A stretch of 64,000 nucleotides of DNA from an uncultured Solirubrobacterales bacterium (GCA_963793415.1 CAWCAC010000002.1:2233881-2297880), one strand, 5' to 3'; positions 20,536-30,299 are shown, counted from the stretch's first letter. Numbers and translations are program-made. The notes: a model not told the origin generated them from the letters alone.

Positions 20536-21729
20536 ATGAGCGATTCAGAGGCGCAGCAGCCAGTCCACGGTCCTCCTTTCGCCGGCTACCAGGCTGAGAT
20601 CTTCCTCCGCGGGATGGGAGGCGAGGTGCCCGAGCAGCCGGTCTCCGTCGACGAGCTTGCGGAGGCGGTCCGCGAGAGCGCCAACCCGAAGGTCGCCGCC
20701 TACGTGTTCGGCGCCGCCGGCCGCGAGGACACGATGCGCGAAAACGAGGAGGCCTTCAGGCGGGTCCGGATCGTGCCGCGGATGCTGCGCGACGTCTCCG
20801 AGCGCGATCTCGCGGTCGAGCTCGCGGGAACCGCGATGCCGGCGCCGCTCGGGCTGGCGCCAATCGGCGTGCAGTCGATCGTCCACCCCGACGGCGAGCT
20901 CGCCGTCGCCCGCGCCGCCGCCGCGGTCGGGCTGCCGATGGCGGTCAGCACCGTCTCCTCGTTCACGCTCGAGGAGATCGCGGCCGCCGCGCCCGGGCCG
21001 AAGTGGTTCCAGCTCTACTGGCCCCGCGACCCGGAGCTGGCGACGAGCTTCGTCGAGCGGGCCGAGCTCGCCGGCTACAAGGCGATCGTCGTCACCCTCG
21101 ACACCTTCCTCCCCGGCTGGAAGACACGCGATCTGCAGCGCGCCTGGCAGCCCTTCCTCGAGGGAGTCGGGATCGCCAACTACCTCGCCGACCCGGTCTT
21201 CGGAGCGCTGCTCGACAAGCCGCCCGAGGAAGATCGCCAGGCCGCGATCGGGCAGTTCGTGTACCAGTTCTCGAATCCGGGCCTGACGTGGACCGACCTC
21301 GAGCACCTGCGGGCCGCCACCGAGCTGCCGATCCTGCTCAAGGGGATCCTCCACCCCAAGGACGCGCAGGCGGCGCTCGAGGCCGGGGTCGACGGCGTCG
21401 TCGTCTCCAACCACGGCGGCCGCCAGGTCGACGGTGCGATCGCCAGTCTCGACGCGCTGCCGGGGGTCAGAGACGCGGTCGGCGACGAGCTCACGGTCTT
21501 GCTCGACAGCGGCATCCGCTCGGGGGCCGACGCCTTCAAGGCGATCGCGCTCGGCGCCGACGCGGCCCTCGTCGGTAGGCCTTACCTCTGGGGACTCGCC
21601 CAGGGCGGCGAGGCCGGCGTGCTCGCGGTCCTCCGGGGGCTGCTCGCCGAGCTCGACCTGACCGCCGGGCTCAGCGGCCTGCGCACAGTCACCGAGATCG
21701 GCCCGTCAGCGCTCAGCGAGCCCGACTGA
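20536..21729 (+). CDS. FMN-dependent alpha-hydroxy-acid oxidising enzyme (lactate 2-monooxygenase-like)
   Basis: Starts MSDSEAQQ. Motifs WFQLYWPRD, VVTLDT, KGILHPKDA, VVSNHGGRQVDG, DSGIRSGADAFKAIALGA. The upstream part of listed ORF 19903.. is Arg-rich and overlaps the antiporter gene. Confidence 0.85.
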   Translation: MSDSEAQQPVHGPPFAGYQAEIFLRGMGGEVPEQPVSVDELAEAVRESANPKVAAYVFGAAGREDTMRENEEAFRRVRIVPRMLRDVSERDLAVELAGTAMPAPLGLAPIGVQSIVHPDGELAVARAAAAVGLPMAVSTVSSFTLEEIAAAAPGPKWFQLYWPRDPELATSFVERAELAGYKAIVVTLDTFLPGWKTRDLQRAWQPFLEGVGIANYLADPVFGALLDKPPEEDRQAAIGQFVYQFSNPGLTWTDLEHLRAATELPILLKGILHPKDAQAALEAGVDGVVVSNHGGRQVDGAIASLDALPGVRDAVGDELTVLLDSGIRSGADAFKAIALGADAALVGRPYLWGLAQGGEAGVLAVLRGLLAELDLTAGLSGLRTVTEIGPSALSEPD

Positions 21730-22633
21730 TCGCCCGCTGGGCCTGGAACTCCACCGCCATCGATACGAGTCGCTCACGGACCAGCTCGGGCCGCTGATCG
21801 GCGATGAAATGGCCGCAGCCGGGCACCGGCTCGAACCTGTAGTCGTCGGCTTTCGCCGTCTCGGCAGCTGCGAGCGATGGGTGGACCGCAAAGTCGTCGA
21901 GCCCGAAGAGGCAGCGAGTCGGCACCCGCGAGCGCCGGGTCTCGGGCCGGCGTGCCCGCTCCGCCATCTCGCGCACGAGGAAGGTGCGGTAGGTGTCCTG
22001 GCCGGCGCGCGCACAGACCGGGTCGCGGAAGCGGTCGGCGTAGATCGCGACGGTGTCCGGGTCGATCGCGCCGCCGGTCACGCCCGCGCCGAACGGCCCC
22101 CGCTCGATGAACCGCGTCCGCCGCGTCAACGCGGCCCCGAAGGCCGCGATCGGCGGCTGGTAGAGAAGCATTCGCCACAGGTGCGGCAGCACCGTCCGCG
22201 ACGAGTTCCACGGGTGGCCGACGTTGAGCACGAGGTGGGCATCGATCCGCTCGGGTGCCAGCAGGCAGATCAGATGCGAGATGAATCCGCCCCAGTCATG
22301 GCCGACGAGCAGGCAGCGCTCGATCGCGAGCGCCTCGACCAGGCCGATCAGATCAGCAGCGACATCGTCCTTGGCCCAACGGTGTGGCGCCGGGCCGGAC
22401 CAGCCGTAGCCCGGCAGGTCGGGCGCGATCAGGCGCAGGCCCGCGGGCGGGTTGGCGAGAAGGTCGCGCCAGACCCAGTGATGCTGAGGCCACCCGTGCA
22501 GCAGCAGGACCGGTCGGCCGTCACGGCTCCCGGCCTCGGTCAAGTGGAACGCGACGCCACGCGCCTCGACGAACGAGCGCCGGACACCATCGCAGGGAGG
22601 CGGTTCGGGAAAGCGCACGGGCAGGCTCCGCAT
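21713..22633 (-). CDS. alpha/beta hydrolase (epoxide hydrolase/haloalkane dehalogenase-like)
   Basis: LLLHGWPQHHWVWR, DLPGYGWS and nucleophile elbow GHDWGG, with a late GHFI His motif. Confidence 0.8.
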   Translation of the reverse strand: MRSLPVRFPEPPPCDGVRRSFVEARGVAFHLTEAGSRDGRPVLLLHGWPQHHWVWRDLLANPPAGLRLIAPDLPGYGWSGPAPHRWAKDDVAADLIGLVEALAIERCLLVGHDWGGFISHLICLLAPERIDAHLVLNVGHPWNSSRTVLPHLWRMLLYQPPIAAFGAALTRRTRFIERGPFGAGVTGGAIDPDTVAIYADRFRDPVCARAGQDTYRTFLVREMAERARRPETRRSRVPTRCLFGLDDFAVHPSLAAAETAKADDYRFEPVPGCGHFIADQRPELVRERLVSMAVEFQAQRAISRAR

Positions 22634-22696
22634 CCGCGCAGCGTACGACCGCCCGGCGCCGCAGGCACCGGTTCTCCGGAACGGCGCGCCGGCGCG

Positions 22697-24202
22697 CTAG
22701 CCCTCGACGAAGTAGGCGCCGCTGCCGGAGCCGTCGCTGAACCAGCGGCTGGTCACGGTCTTCTTGCGGGTGAAGAACTCGACCGCGTCGGGGCCGTGGG
22801 CGTGGAGATCGCCGAGGAAGCTGTCCTTCCAGCCTGAGAACGGGAAGAAGGCAACCGGGGCGGCGACGCCGATGTTGACGCCGACCATGCCGACCTCGAC
22901 GTCGTGGCGAAAGCGCCGCACAGCGGCCCCGTTCTCGGTGAAGATCGAGACGCCGTTGCCGAACGGGCTCGAGTTGATCAGCTCGATCGCAGCGCCGAGA
23001 TCGGGCACGTCGATCACGGTCAGGACCGGGCCGAAGATCTCCTCCTTGATCAGATCCGAGCCCGGGTCGAGCCCGGCCATGATCGTCGGGCCGACGTAGG
23101 AACCGCCATCGGGGGCATCGGGGTCGCGGCCATCGACGAGCAGCTCGGCACCCTCCCCCGCGCCGCGCTCGATCGCACCGCCGATCCGCTCGCAGGCGGC
23201 GTCGGAGATCACCGGGCCAACCTCGATCGACTCGTCGAGCCCGTCGCCGACGCTGAGTGCACGGGTGCGCTCGACAAGTGCCGGCATCAACCGCTCGGAG
23301 GCCTCGCCGACGTTGACCAGCACCGAGCCCGCCATGCAGCGCTGACCGGCGGCCCCGAAGGCCGATCCGATGATCCCGTCGACGGTCTTGTCGACGACGG
23401 CGTCGGGCATCACGACCATGTGGTTCTTGGCGCCGCCGAGCGCCTGCACGCGCTTGCCGGTCGCGGCGGCGCGCTCGTAGACGATCCGCGCTACCGGCGC
23501 CGAGCCGACGAAGGAGACGGCGTCGATGCCGGGGTGTTCGAGGATCCCCTCGACGACCTCGCGGCCGCCGTTGACGAGGTTGACGACGCCGGGCGGCAGC
23601 CCGATTCCGTCGAGCACCTCGAAGGCGATCTGCTGGGTCATCGGGACCTGCTCGGAGGGCTTGAGGATGAAGCTGTTGCCGCAGCCGATCGCGAACGGCA
23701 GAAACCAGAACGGGACCATCGCCGGGAAGTTGAAGGGCGCGATCGCGGCGCAGACGCCGACCGGCTGGCGCACGGTCTCGGCGTCGACGTTGCGGGAGAC
23801 GTCCTCGAGGATCTTGCCCTGCATCGTCGTCGGGATCGCGCAGGCCGCCTCGACCATCTCGATCATCCGCGCGACCTCGGCGCGAGCGTCGCCGATCGTC
23901 TTGCCCATCTCGCTCGTGGCGGCACGGGCGAGCTCCTCACGGCGCTCGTCGAGCCCGGCTCGCAGCGCGAACAGGCGGCGGGCGCGCTCGATCACGCTGA
24001 CCGCACGCCACTCCGGCAGCGCCGCGCGGGCGGCCTCGACGGCGCGGTCGAGATCGGCCGCGCCGGACAGCGGCACCTCGGCGATCGTCGTACCGTCGGA
24101 GGGGTTGACGACCGGAAGGCGCTCGGCGGCGTCCGTTGCGGGCGTCCACGCCCCTCCGATGTAGTTGTCGAGGACCCTGGTGGCGGTGCCTGTCGGCTCC
24201 AT
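22697..24202 (-). CDS. mmsA: CoA-acylating methylmalonate-semialdehyde dehydrogenase
   Basis: Starts MEPTGTATRVLDNYIGGAW. Aldehyde dehydrogenase motifs FPAMVPFW, LGGKNH, catalytic GQRCMA. About 500 aa, as for MmsA. Confidence 0.88.
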   Translation of the reverse strand: MEPTGTATRVLDNYIGGAWTPATDAAERLPVVNPSDGTTIAEVPLSGAADLDRAVEAARAALPEWRAVSVIERARRLFALRAGLDERREELARAATSEMGKTIGDARAEVARMIEMVEAACAIPTTMQGKILEDVSRNVDAETVRQPVGVCAAIAPFNFPAMVPFWFLPFAIGCGNSFILKPSEQVPMTQQIAFEVLDGIGLPPGVVNLVNGGREVVEGILEHPGIDAVSFVGSAPVARIVYERAAATGKRVQALGGAKNHMVVMPDAVVDKTVDGIIGSAFGAAGQRCMAGSVLVNVGEASERLMPALVERTRALSVGDGLDESIEVGPVISDAACERIGGAIERGAGEGAELLVDGRDPDAPDGGSYVGPTIMAGLDPGSDLIKEEIFGPVLTVIDVPDLGAAIELINSSPFGNGVSIFTENGAAVRRFRHDVEVGMVGVNIGVAAPVAFFPFSGWKDSFLGDLHAHGPDAVEFFTRKKTVTSRWFSDGSGSGAYFVEG

Positions 24203-24327
24203 GTGTGCTCCTTCTGGTTGCCTCGTGAGCGAGGCTTCGTCGCGCTCTCCAACCATTACAACGGGTCGCGGCTCCGGGCACCCGGCGACACGCCGAGTTC
24301 TGCCGGTCTGGACAATGGGGGGCGATC

Positions 24328-24666
24328 GTGTTCGACCACCTGCCAGACGGGCGTCAATCGCTGCTCGGCCTCACCGCCGAGGGCGACGAGGCGTGGCTGA
24401 TCCGCAGCGTCTCGCAGAAGCTCTACACCTGCCCGGGCTGCCACGGCGGCATCGGCATCGGCGAGACCCATGTCGTGGTCCAGTACGTGCTCCGGACCGG
24501 CGGCACCGACCACCACCACTGGCACCAGCGCTGTGCACACGAGGTCCTCGTGCCGGAGTTGCGCCGCCTCAAGCCCGTCAACGCCGGCGAGGCGGGCCGG
24601 CAGAAGCTCGAGCGCCGCGGCAAGCGGCCGGCGGGCAAACGCGGTCGGCGAGCGCCGAGGCGCTAG
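24328..24666 (+). CDS. hypothetical protein with CxxC...HxxC motif and basic tail
   Basis: 112-aa ORF with a GTG start. Contains YTCPGCHG ... HHHWHQRCAH and a C-terminal KRPAGKRGRRAPRR tail. Confidence 0.5.
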   Translation: MFDHLPDGRQSLLGLTAEGDEAWLIRSVSQKLYTCPGCHGGIGIGETHVVVQYVLRTGGTDHHHWHQRCAHEVLVPELRRLKPVNAGEAGRQKLERRGKRPAGKRGRRAPRR

Positions 24667-24668
24667 CC

Positions 24669-25667
24669 CTAGCCCTGGGTCACCTCGTCGAGGGCGGCGT
24701 TGAGCTCGCCCTCGCTGAAGGCCCCTTCGATCGCGGTTGAGATCTTGCCGTCGGTACCGATCACGAACAGCCACGGCTCCGAGGGCAGGTTGTAGGCCTT
24801 GACCTGCTCACGCACGCCCTTGTCGACCTGGTTGTCGTTGTAGATCTCCTGGAGGATGAAACTGGCCTCGTCGCCGCGCTCGCTCTTGACCTGCTCGGCG
24901 ATGTCGGCGACCGGGCCGCAGACCCGGCTCGAGCACAGCGCGGGGGTCGCGAACAGCAGCACAACCGGCTTCTTGCCGACGACGTCGGCGAAGTCGTCGT
25001 CGTGCATCGTGCTCGGCGGCTGGCGCGTGTCGATCTTGGTCAGATCGCCGCCGACGTCGTCCGCTGTCAGCGTGTGGATCATCGGCGCCTTGTCGCCGGC
25101 GCTCGGCACCTCGGGGAAGTTGCCGACGACGGCGCTCGGGATCGCGCTGTAGGTGTAGGAGTCGCCGTCCTTGAACAGCGCCATCAGGCGCCACTCGCCC
25201 TTGGAGCCCATGTCGACGTCACTGACGTAGACGTACTCGGCGGCGTCGGGATCGCTCGAGGTGCTGACGGACTGGAAGGCAGCGCCGACTTCAAGGCTCT
25301 CGGCTGCGGCGGGAAATGGGCCGACGGCGGGCTCGCCGGGCTTCGAGGCGTAGATCGCGACTTCGGCGTCGCGGACGGGCTCACGCTCGACCGTGAAGAC
25401 TCCGAAGCCGAAGCGGTTCTTGCCCTCGTCGAAGACCTGGCCCGAGGGCACCGCGACGAGATCCGACTCGGTTCCCTCCTGCTGGGCGATCTCCTCGAGC
25501 GTGCGTCCGTCCGCCGCCGGGAATGCGGAGGCGTCGGGCCGGGCGGAGTCGCCGGTCGCTTCGGTCGAGTCGCTGGACTCGCCGCAGCCGGCAACGAGGA
25601 CCGCGGCTGCGAGCGCAAGAAGGGTGGCGCGCAGCGCGGCGCGTCCGGTGCCGGTCGAAGAGGACAT
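24669..25667 (-). CDS. lipoprotein with C-terminal thioredoxin-like (redoxin/TlpA-SCO-like) domain
   Basis: ATG at 25667 gives MSSSTGTGRAALRATLLALAAAVLVAGC (lipobox LVAGC). C-terminal VVLLFATPALCSSRVCGP motif (CxxxC in a Trx-like context). Confidence 0.7.
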   Translation of the reverse strand: MSSSTGTGRAALRATLLALAAAVLVAGCGESSDSTEATGDSARPDASAFPAADGRTLEEIAQQEGTESDLVAVPSGQVFDEGKNRFGFGVFTVEREPVRDAEVAIYASKPGEPAVGPFPAAAESLEVGAAFQSVSTSSDPDAAEYVYVSDVDMGSKGEWRLMALFKDGDSYTYSAIPSAVVGNFPEVPSAGDKAPMIHTLTADDVGGDLTKIDTRQPPSTMHDDDFADVVGKKPVVLLFATPALCSSRVCGPVADIAEQVKSERGDEASFILQEIYNDNQVDKGVREQVKAYNLPSEPWLFVIGTDGKISTAIEGAFSEGELNAALDEVTQG

Positions 25668-25803
25668 CCCCGTCAATCCTAGAGAGGCGGGTAAAGATGG
25701 CCTGAGCGGCCGGCGTGGCGCTGCAAAGCACGCCCCATCGCCTCCCGGGCGCTCCCGCTCGGTCCCCGATAGGGTCCGCGCCGAATCGAGCGAAGGAGAG
25801 GCA

Positions 25804-26535
25804 TTGGCTGAGCGAGCGGCAATCATCACGGGCGGATCGAGCGGGATCGGACTTGCGATCGCGCGGGCCCTCGGCGAGGACGGCTACGCGCTGACGGTCT
25901 CGGCGCGGCGCGCGGAGAAGCTCCAGCAAGCCGTCGACGGCCTCGCTGCCGAAGGCCTCGAGGTCACAGCCGCGGCCGCCGACGTCTCCGACGAGGAGCA
26001 GATCAACGGCCTGATCGCCGGTCACAAGGAGCGCTACGGACGCCTCGACGTGCTCGTCAACAACGCCGGCGTCGGTATCGGCGGGCCGATCGCGGAGACA
26101 AAGAGCAAGCACGTCGACATGCAGATCGCCGTCAACCTCCGCTCCTACGTGCTCGCGACCCGCGAGGCGATCCCGATGCTGAAGGAAGCCGGCGCCGAGC
26201 ACGGCAAGGCCCTGATCATCAACACCGCTTCGATCGCGGGCAAGGCCGGACAAGGCTGGCTCGCCGTCTACTCGGCGACCAAGGCCGGCGTCGTCGGGCT
26301 GAGCCAGGCCTCGCAGATGGAACTCGCCGGCGACGGCATCCAGGTGACCGCACTGTGCCCGGCCTTCGTCGACACACCGATGACCGAGTGGGTCGAAGGG
26401 GTCAAGCCCGAGGAGATGATCCAGCCCGAGGACCTGGCGGAGACGGTGCGGCTGCTGCTGCGGACCAGCTCCGCTTGCCTGATCCCCGAGATCGTCTTCG
26501 CCCGCCGCGGCGACGGGTCGGCACTCGGCGTCTGA
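25804..26535 (+). CDS. SDR family oxidoreductase
   Basis: TTG start 5 nt after AAGGAG. TGGSSGIGLAIA cofactor motif, NNAG, and YSATKAG catalytic YxxxK. Confidence 0.85.
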   Translation: MAERAAIITGGSSGIGLAIARALGEDGYALTVSARRAEKLQQAVDGLAAEGLEVTAAAADVSDEEQINGLIAGHKERYGRLDVLVNNAGVGIGGPIAETKSKHVDMQIAVNLRSYVLATREAIPMLKEAGAEHGKALIINTASIAGKAGQGWLAVYSATKAGVVGLSQASQMELAGDGIQVTALCPAFVDTPMTEWVEGVKPEEMIQPEDLAETVRLLLRTSSACLIPEIVFARRGDGSALGV

Positions 26536-26557
26536 GGCGGCGTCCGGCGGGCGCCGC

Positions 26558-27196
26558 TCAGTGCGGGACGGGCTCGGCCGCGTCCCGCTCGGCGAGCAGC
26601 TCGGCGGCACGCTGCTCGCCCATCTGCTCGGAGGCGCGGGCGATGCGCCGGCGGTACTCGTCGTAGCTGCGCGTCGGCCGGATCCAGGACCAGCCGCGGC
26701 GCCGGCGCAGCTCGTGGCTGCGGTCGCGTTCGCCGGTCGGAACCGGGAGCGACCGCTCGCGCTCGATCGCCGGCTCGGGATCGAGCGGGACCGCCTCGAC
26801 CTCGCGCCGCCAGGCCTCGCGCTCGGCGCGGAGCCGCTCGGCGACGACGCTGATCGGCTGCTCCGGGTACGGCATGTCGATCAGGCTCATCTCGAGATAG
26901 CTGCGCAGGGTGCGGATCTCGCGCCGGGTTGCCAACCGCGGCCGCCGGGCGCCGGTGAAGAAGTCCCAGCAGCGGGCGAAGCTGGAGAGGTCGGTGCGGC
27001 CGCCGTTGCGATGCGCGGCGAGCATCGGGCAGATGCCGCCGCTCTTCGAGTCGGCATAGGCGCCGGCGATGATCGGGCTCGAGTCGAGCCCCCGCAGCAT
27101 CGCCTCGCGGCTATGGCGAGGCATCGAGTCGACGGCTGCTCGCAGCCGCGCGGCCGGAAGTCGGTGTCCCTTGCGGAACTTCACGTGAGCAAGCAT
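26558..27196 (-). CDS. hypothetical protein
   Basis: 212-aa ORF with normal codon bias. N-terminal globular part and a charged Arg/Glu-rich C-terminal half. No family recognised. Confidence 0.5.
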   Translation of the reverse strand: MLAHVKFRKGHRLPAARLRAAVDSMPRHSREAMLRGLDSSPIIAGAYADSKSGGICPMLAAHRNGGRTDLSSFARCWDFFTGARRPRLATRREIRTLRSYLEMSLIDMPYPEQPISVVAERLRAEREAWRREVEAVPLDPEPAIERERSLPVPTGERDRSHELRRRRGWSWIRPTRSYDEYRRRIARASEQMGEQRAAELLAERDAAEPVPH

Positions 27197-27279
27197 GGTG
27201 CGCGGCGGCGGCCACGTAAAGGGCGGACTGCCTCGCGAAAGGGATGTTGCAGGAGCAGGAATGGGAGGATCGGAGCCGT

Positions 27280-28461
27280 ATGAGCGCGCGGATCCTCCTC
27301 GCAGCCTTCGGCGACGCGGGGCACGCGTTCCCGGCGATCGCCCTCTCGCTGGCGCTGCGGGACTCCGGGCACGAGGTCGCAGTCGAGACCTGGGAGCGAT
27401 GGCGCGAGCCGGTCGAGGCGCGCGGCCTGCGCTTCCAGGCGGCCGAGGAGTACGCGGTCTTCCCTCCTCCCCCTCCCGGCTCGCAGGCAGGGCCGGCCGA
27501 TGCGGCGCGGGCGCTCGAGCCGCTGTTCGAGGAGTTCGAGCCCGAGCTCGTGATCAGCGACGTCCTGACGCTGGCGCCCTCGCTCGCCGCCGAGCTGTAC
27601 GGGGTCCGGCGCGCGACCCTGATCCCGCATCTCTATCCGGTGCACCAGCCCGGGATGCCGTTCTTCGGGTTCGGCGTTATGCCGCCGCGCAGCGGTCTCG
27701 GCCGGGCCGCGTGGAGGGGCGGCCTGCCCGTGCTCGAGGCCGGGCTGCGCCGCGGTCGCCGCGAACTCAACGAGACGCGCCGGTCGCTCGGGCTGGCGCC
27801 GATCGAGCGCTTTCACGGCGGCATGTCCGAGGAGCTCGTCCTGGTCGCTACCTATCCGGAGCTCGAGCACCCACGCGAGTGGCCGCCGCAGGTCCGCGTC
27901 ACCGGACCGCTCTCGTTCGAGGTGCCGCACCCCGAGATCGAGCTGCCGCCGGGTGAGGAGCCGCTCGTCCTCGTCGCCTCGAGCACCGCGCACGATCCCG
28001 ACTGCCATCTGATCCGGCGCGTCTTCGCTGCGCTCCGGGACGAACCGGTCCGCGTCGTCGCAACCAGCAACGGCCACTTCCCCGCGGACCCGATCGAGGT
28101 GCCGGCGAACGGGCGCCTCGTCGGCTGGCTCTCCTACACGCAGGCGATGGCGGCCGCCGACCTGGTCGTCTGCCACGGCGGCCACGGCACGATCTGCCGG
28201 GCGCTCGAGGCGGGGACGCCGTTGCTGGTCTCGCCGGCGGTCGGGGACATGGCCGAGAACGGCGCCCGGGTCCAGTGGTCCGGCTGCGGGCTGATGCTGC
28301 CGGCGCGATTCCGGCGGGCCGCGCCGATCCGCTGGACCGTTCGCGAGCTGCTGGCCGACCCCGCCTACCGCTCCCGCGCCGCCGAGATCGGCGCCGGCCG
28401 TGGGCCCAACCCCGGGGCCGGGCCGGCGGTCGCGGCGGTGGCGGAGCTGCTCGGTCAATAG
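27280..28461 (+). CDS. glycosyltransferase, UDP-glycosyltransferase/MGT (GT1) family
   Basis: MSARILLAAFGDAGHAFPAIALSLAL N-terminus and C-terminal VCHGGHGTICRALEAGTPLLVSP donor-binding motif. Confidence 0.8.
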   Translation: MSARILLAAFGDAGHAFPAIALSLALRDSGHEVAVETWERWREPVEARGLRFQAAEEYAVFPPPPPGSQAGPADAARALEPLFEEFEPELVISDVLTLAPSLAAELYGVRRATLIPHLYPVHQPGMPFFGFGVMPPRSGLGRAAWRGGLPVLEAGLRRGRRELNETRRSLGLAPIERFHGGMSEELVLVATYPELEHPREWPPQVRVTGPLSFEVPHPEIELPPGEEPLVLVASSTAHDPDCHLIRRVFAALRDEPVRVVATSNGHFPADPIEVPANGRLVGWLSYTQAMAAADLVVCHGGHGTICRALEAGTPLLVSPAVGDMAENGARVQWSGCGLMLPARFRRAAPIRWTVRELLADPAYRSRAAEIGAGRGPNPGAGPAVAAVAELLGQ

Positions 28462-28473
28462 CCTGGACGGGTC

Positions 28474-29784
28474 TTGACCCGTTCCGGACAGCTGAGGCTC
28501 CTGAGTGTCGCCGTCGCGCTGCTCTCGGCGCTGGCCCTTGCGGCCTTCCCCGCATCCGCCTCGGCCGCCGCCACGCCCGATTCCGCCTTCGGGGACGGCG
28601 GCTACGTGACGACGCCGATCGCCGGTGCCCAGGCGATCGCCTACGACGCGACCGTGCTCACCAACGGCAAGATCGTCGTCGCCGGACAGGCGACGACCGC
28701 GACCAACAACGGACAGATCGTCGTCGCCCGCTACCTGACCGACGGATCCCTCGACGACTCCTTCGGCGATGGCGGCATCTACATCTCGGCCCTGCCCGCG
28801 GCCGACGGGCCCTTCCTCGCGCGGGCCGTTCGCCAGGCGCGCGACAGCCGCAAGATCCTCGTTGCCGGCGGCTACGGACAGGGATCGATGCTGGCCCTGC
28901 GGCTGACAGCCAAAGGCAAGCCCGACCCGACCTTCGGCAAGTCCGGGTTCACGACGCTGCCGGTCGGCGGGGTCGCGGGAGCGATGGCGATCCAAAGCGA
29001 CGGGCGGATCCTGCTGGGTGGCGCCGACGGCAACGACAACGGGCAACCGATGCTGATCGCACGGCTCAACGCCGACGGCAGCCCCGATGCAACCTACGGC
29101 GACGACGGCATTGTCAAAAGCATCTTCTGGGATCCGATGATGGCCGCCAGTGCCGGGGTCTCGGGGCTGCGGATCGCACGCGGCAGTGATGGCGGCCTCG
29201 TCGGCTTCGGTCACATCGACTACATCGGCGGTGACGGCCACGGCAGCGCCGGCGTCTTCCGACTCGATTCCGACGGCGAGCCGGTGACGAGCTTCGGCAG
29301 CGGCGGCCACATGGAGATCGCCTTCCCAACCGGGCAGTCGCGACCGGCCTTCTGGTTCCCCTGCGCGATGACCCAGGACTCACAGGGACGGATCACCGTC
29401 ACCGGCGACTCGACCAATTTCGGCGGCGCGATGCTGAGCACGCGCCTGACCGCCGGCGGTCAGCCCGACAGCTCGTTCGGCGACTCTGGCGACGGTCGCG
29501 TGATTACCCCCGGCTGGGCGAACAACGACAACTTCACCACCTGCGGCGCCGCGCTGACCGGCGGCACGACGCTGACGGCGGCCGCAGGGCCGCTTGCGAT
29601 GCAACTCACCTCCGCCGGCGCCACCCGCCCGAGCTTCGGTCCAGGCGGATTGCTGAAGATCGCCGACCCGACCGGCATCGGCATCAACGCTGTGAGGCGC
29701 TCCGCCTTCCGGCGCGTGATCTTCGCGGGGTCGGCCGGCGCCGACCTCTACCTCGCGCAGTACAGGATCCCGCCGCCGGGATAG
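28474..29784 (+). CDS. secreted delta-60 repeat (beta-propeller) protein
   Basis: Signal peptide LLSVAVALLSALALAAFPASASA. Repeated about 55-60-aa units carry the motifs PD.SFG.GG / DG(K/R)I(V/L)(V/L)(A/G)G (for example PDSAFGDGGYV, LDDSFGDGGI, PDPTFGKSGF, PDATYGDDGI, PDSSFGDSGDG). Confidence 0.75.
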   Translation: MTRSGQLRLLSVAVALLSALALAAFPASASAAATPDSAFGDGGYVTTPIAGAQAIAYDATVLTNGKIVVAGQATTATNNGQIVVARYLTDGSLDDSFGDGGIYISALPAADGPFLARAVRQARDSRKILVAGGYGQGSMLALRLTAKGKPDPTFGKSGFTTLPVGGVAGAMAIQSDGRILLGGADGNDNGQPMLIARLNADGSPDATYGDDGIVKSIFWDPMMAASAGVSGLRIARGSDGGLVGFGHIDYIGGDGHGSAGVFRLDSDGEPVTSFGSGGHMEIAFPTGQSRPAFWFPCAMTQDSQGRITVTGDSTNFGGAMLSTRLTAGGQPDSSFGDSGDGRVITPGWANNDNFTTCGAALTGGTTLTAAAGPLAMQLTSAGATRPSFGPGGLLKIADPTGIGINAVRRSAFRRVIFAGSAGADLYLAQYRIPPPG

Positions 29785-29793
29785 CGTCCGAAG

Positions 29794-29865
29794 CTCCGGG
29801 GGTGGGACTCGAACCCACAACCCTCGCATTAACAGTGCGATGCTCTGCCATTGAGCTACCCCGGA
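29794..29865 (-). tRNA. tRNA-Asn (anticodon GTT)
   Basis: Reverse complement TCCGGGGTAGCTCAATGGCAGAGCATCGCACTGTTAATGCGAGGGTTGTGGGTTCGAGTCCCACCCCCGGAG. All four stems pair perfectly. Confidence 0.9.
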
Positions 29866-30079
29866 AAGCGAGCCGAGACTTTACGGCAACTCGCCGCCCC
29901 CGGCTTCCGACTTCCCAGGGCCCGGGACGCCACTTCGAAGTGGGCCGCAAAAGCGTCGAAAAGCGACGCTCAAACGGCCGAGTTCGCCCGGCCGGCGCCT
30001 GATTGAACGCCGAGACACCACATCTAGGGGTCAGAGCGGGAACAACGTGAAGCACCCCCGGGAACCTCCGACGTCATCC

Positions 30080-30147
30080 ACGTTCGTTGCGCCCAGCGCA
30101 ACGTTCGTGCAGCACCTCCCCTCCGAGGTGACCTCATTCACGTTCGT
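30080..30147 (+). promoter_or_regulatory. three direct copies of ACGTTCGT (30080, 30101, 30140) around an 8-bp-stem hairpin (30085..30103)
   Basis: ccACGTTCGTtgcgcccagcgcaACGTTCGTgc...ttcACGTTCGTcc. The first two copies are 21 bp apart. CGTTGCGC-cca-GCGCAACG forms the hairpin. The site lies between the cfa-like stop (30300) and the tRNA-Asn 5' end (29865). Function unknown. Confidence 0.3.
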
Positions 30148-30299
30148 CCCGCTCCTCCCGGCCCCACCGAGACTCCAGCCGCCGCCGGCACCCTCGGCCC
30201 CACCCCATCTCCCCTCCCTCACCGCAATCGGCGGCCGGCACCCTGGTCGGCGCCACTCGGACGGCAACAGCGCGGAGCCACCCTCCCCACTCCGCCCCT

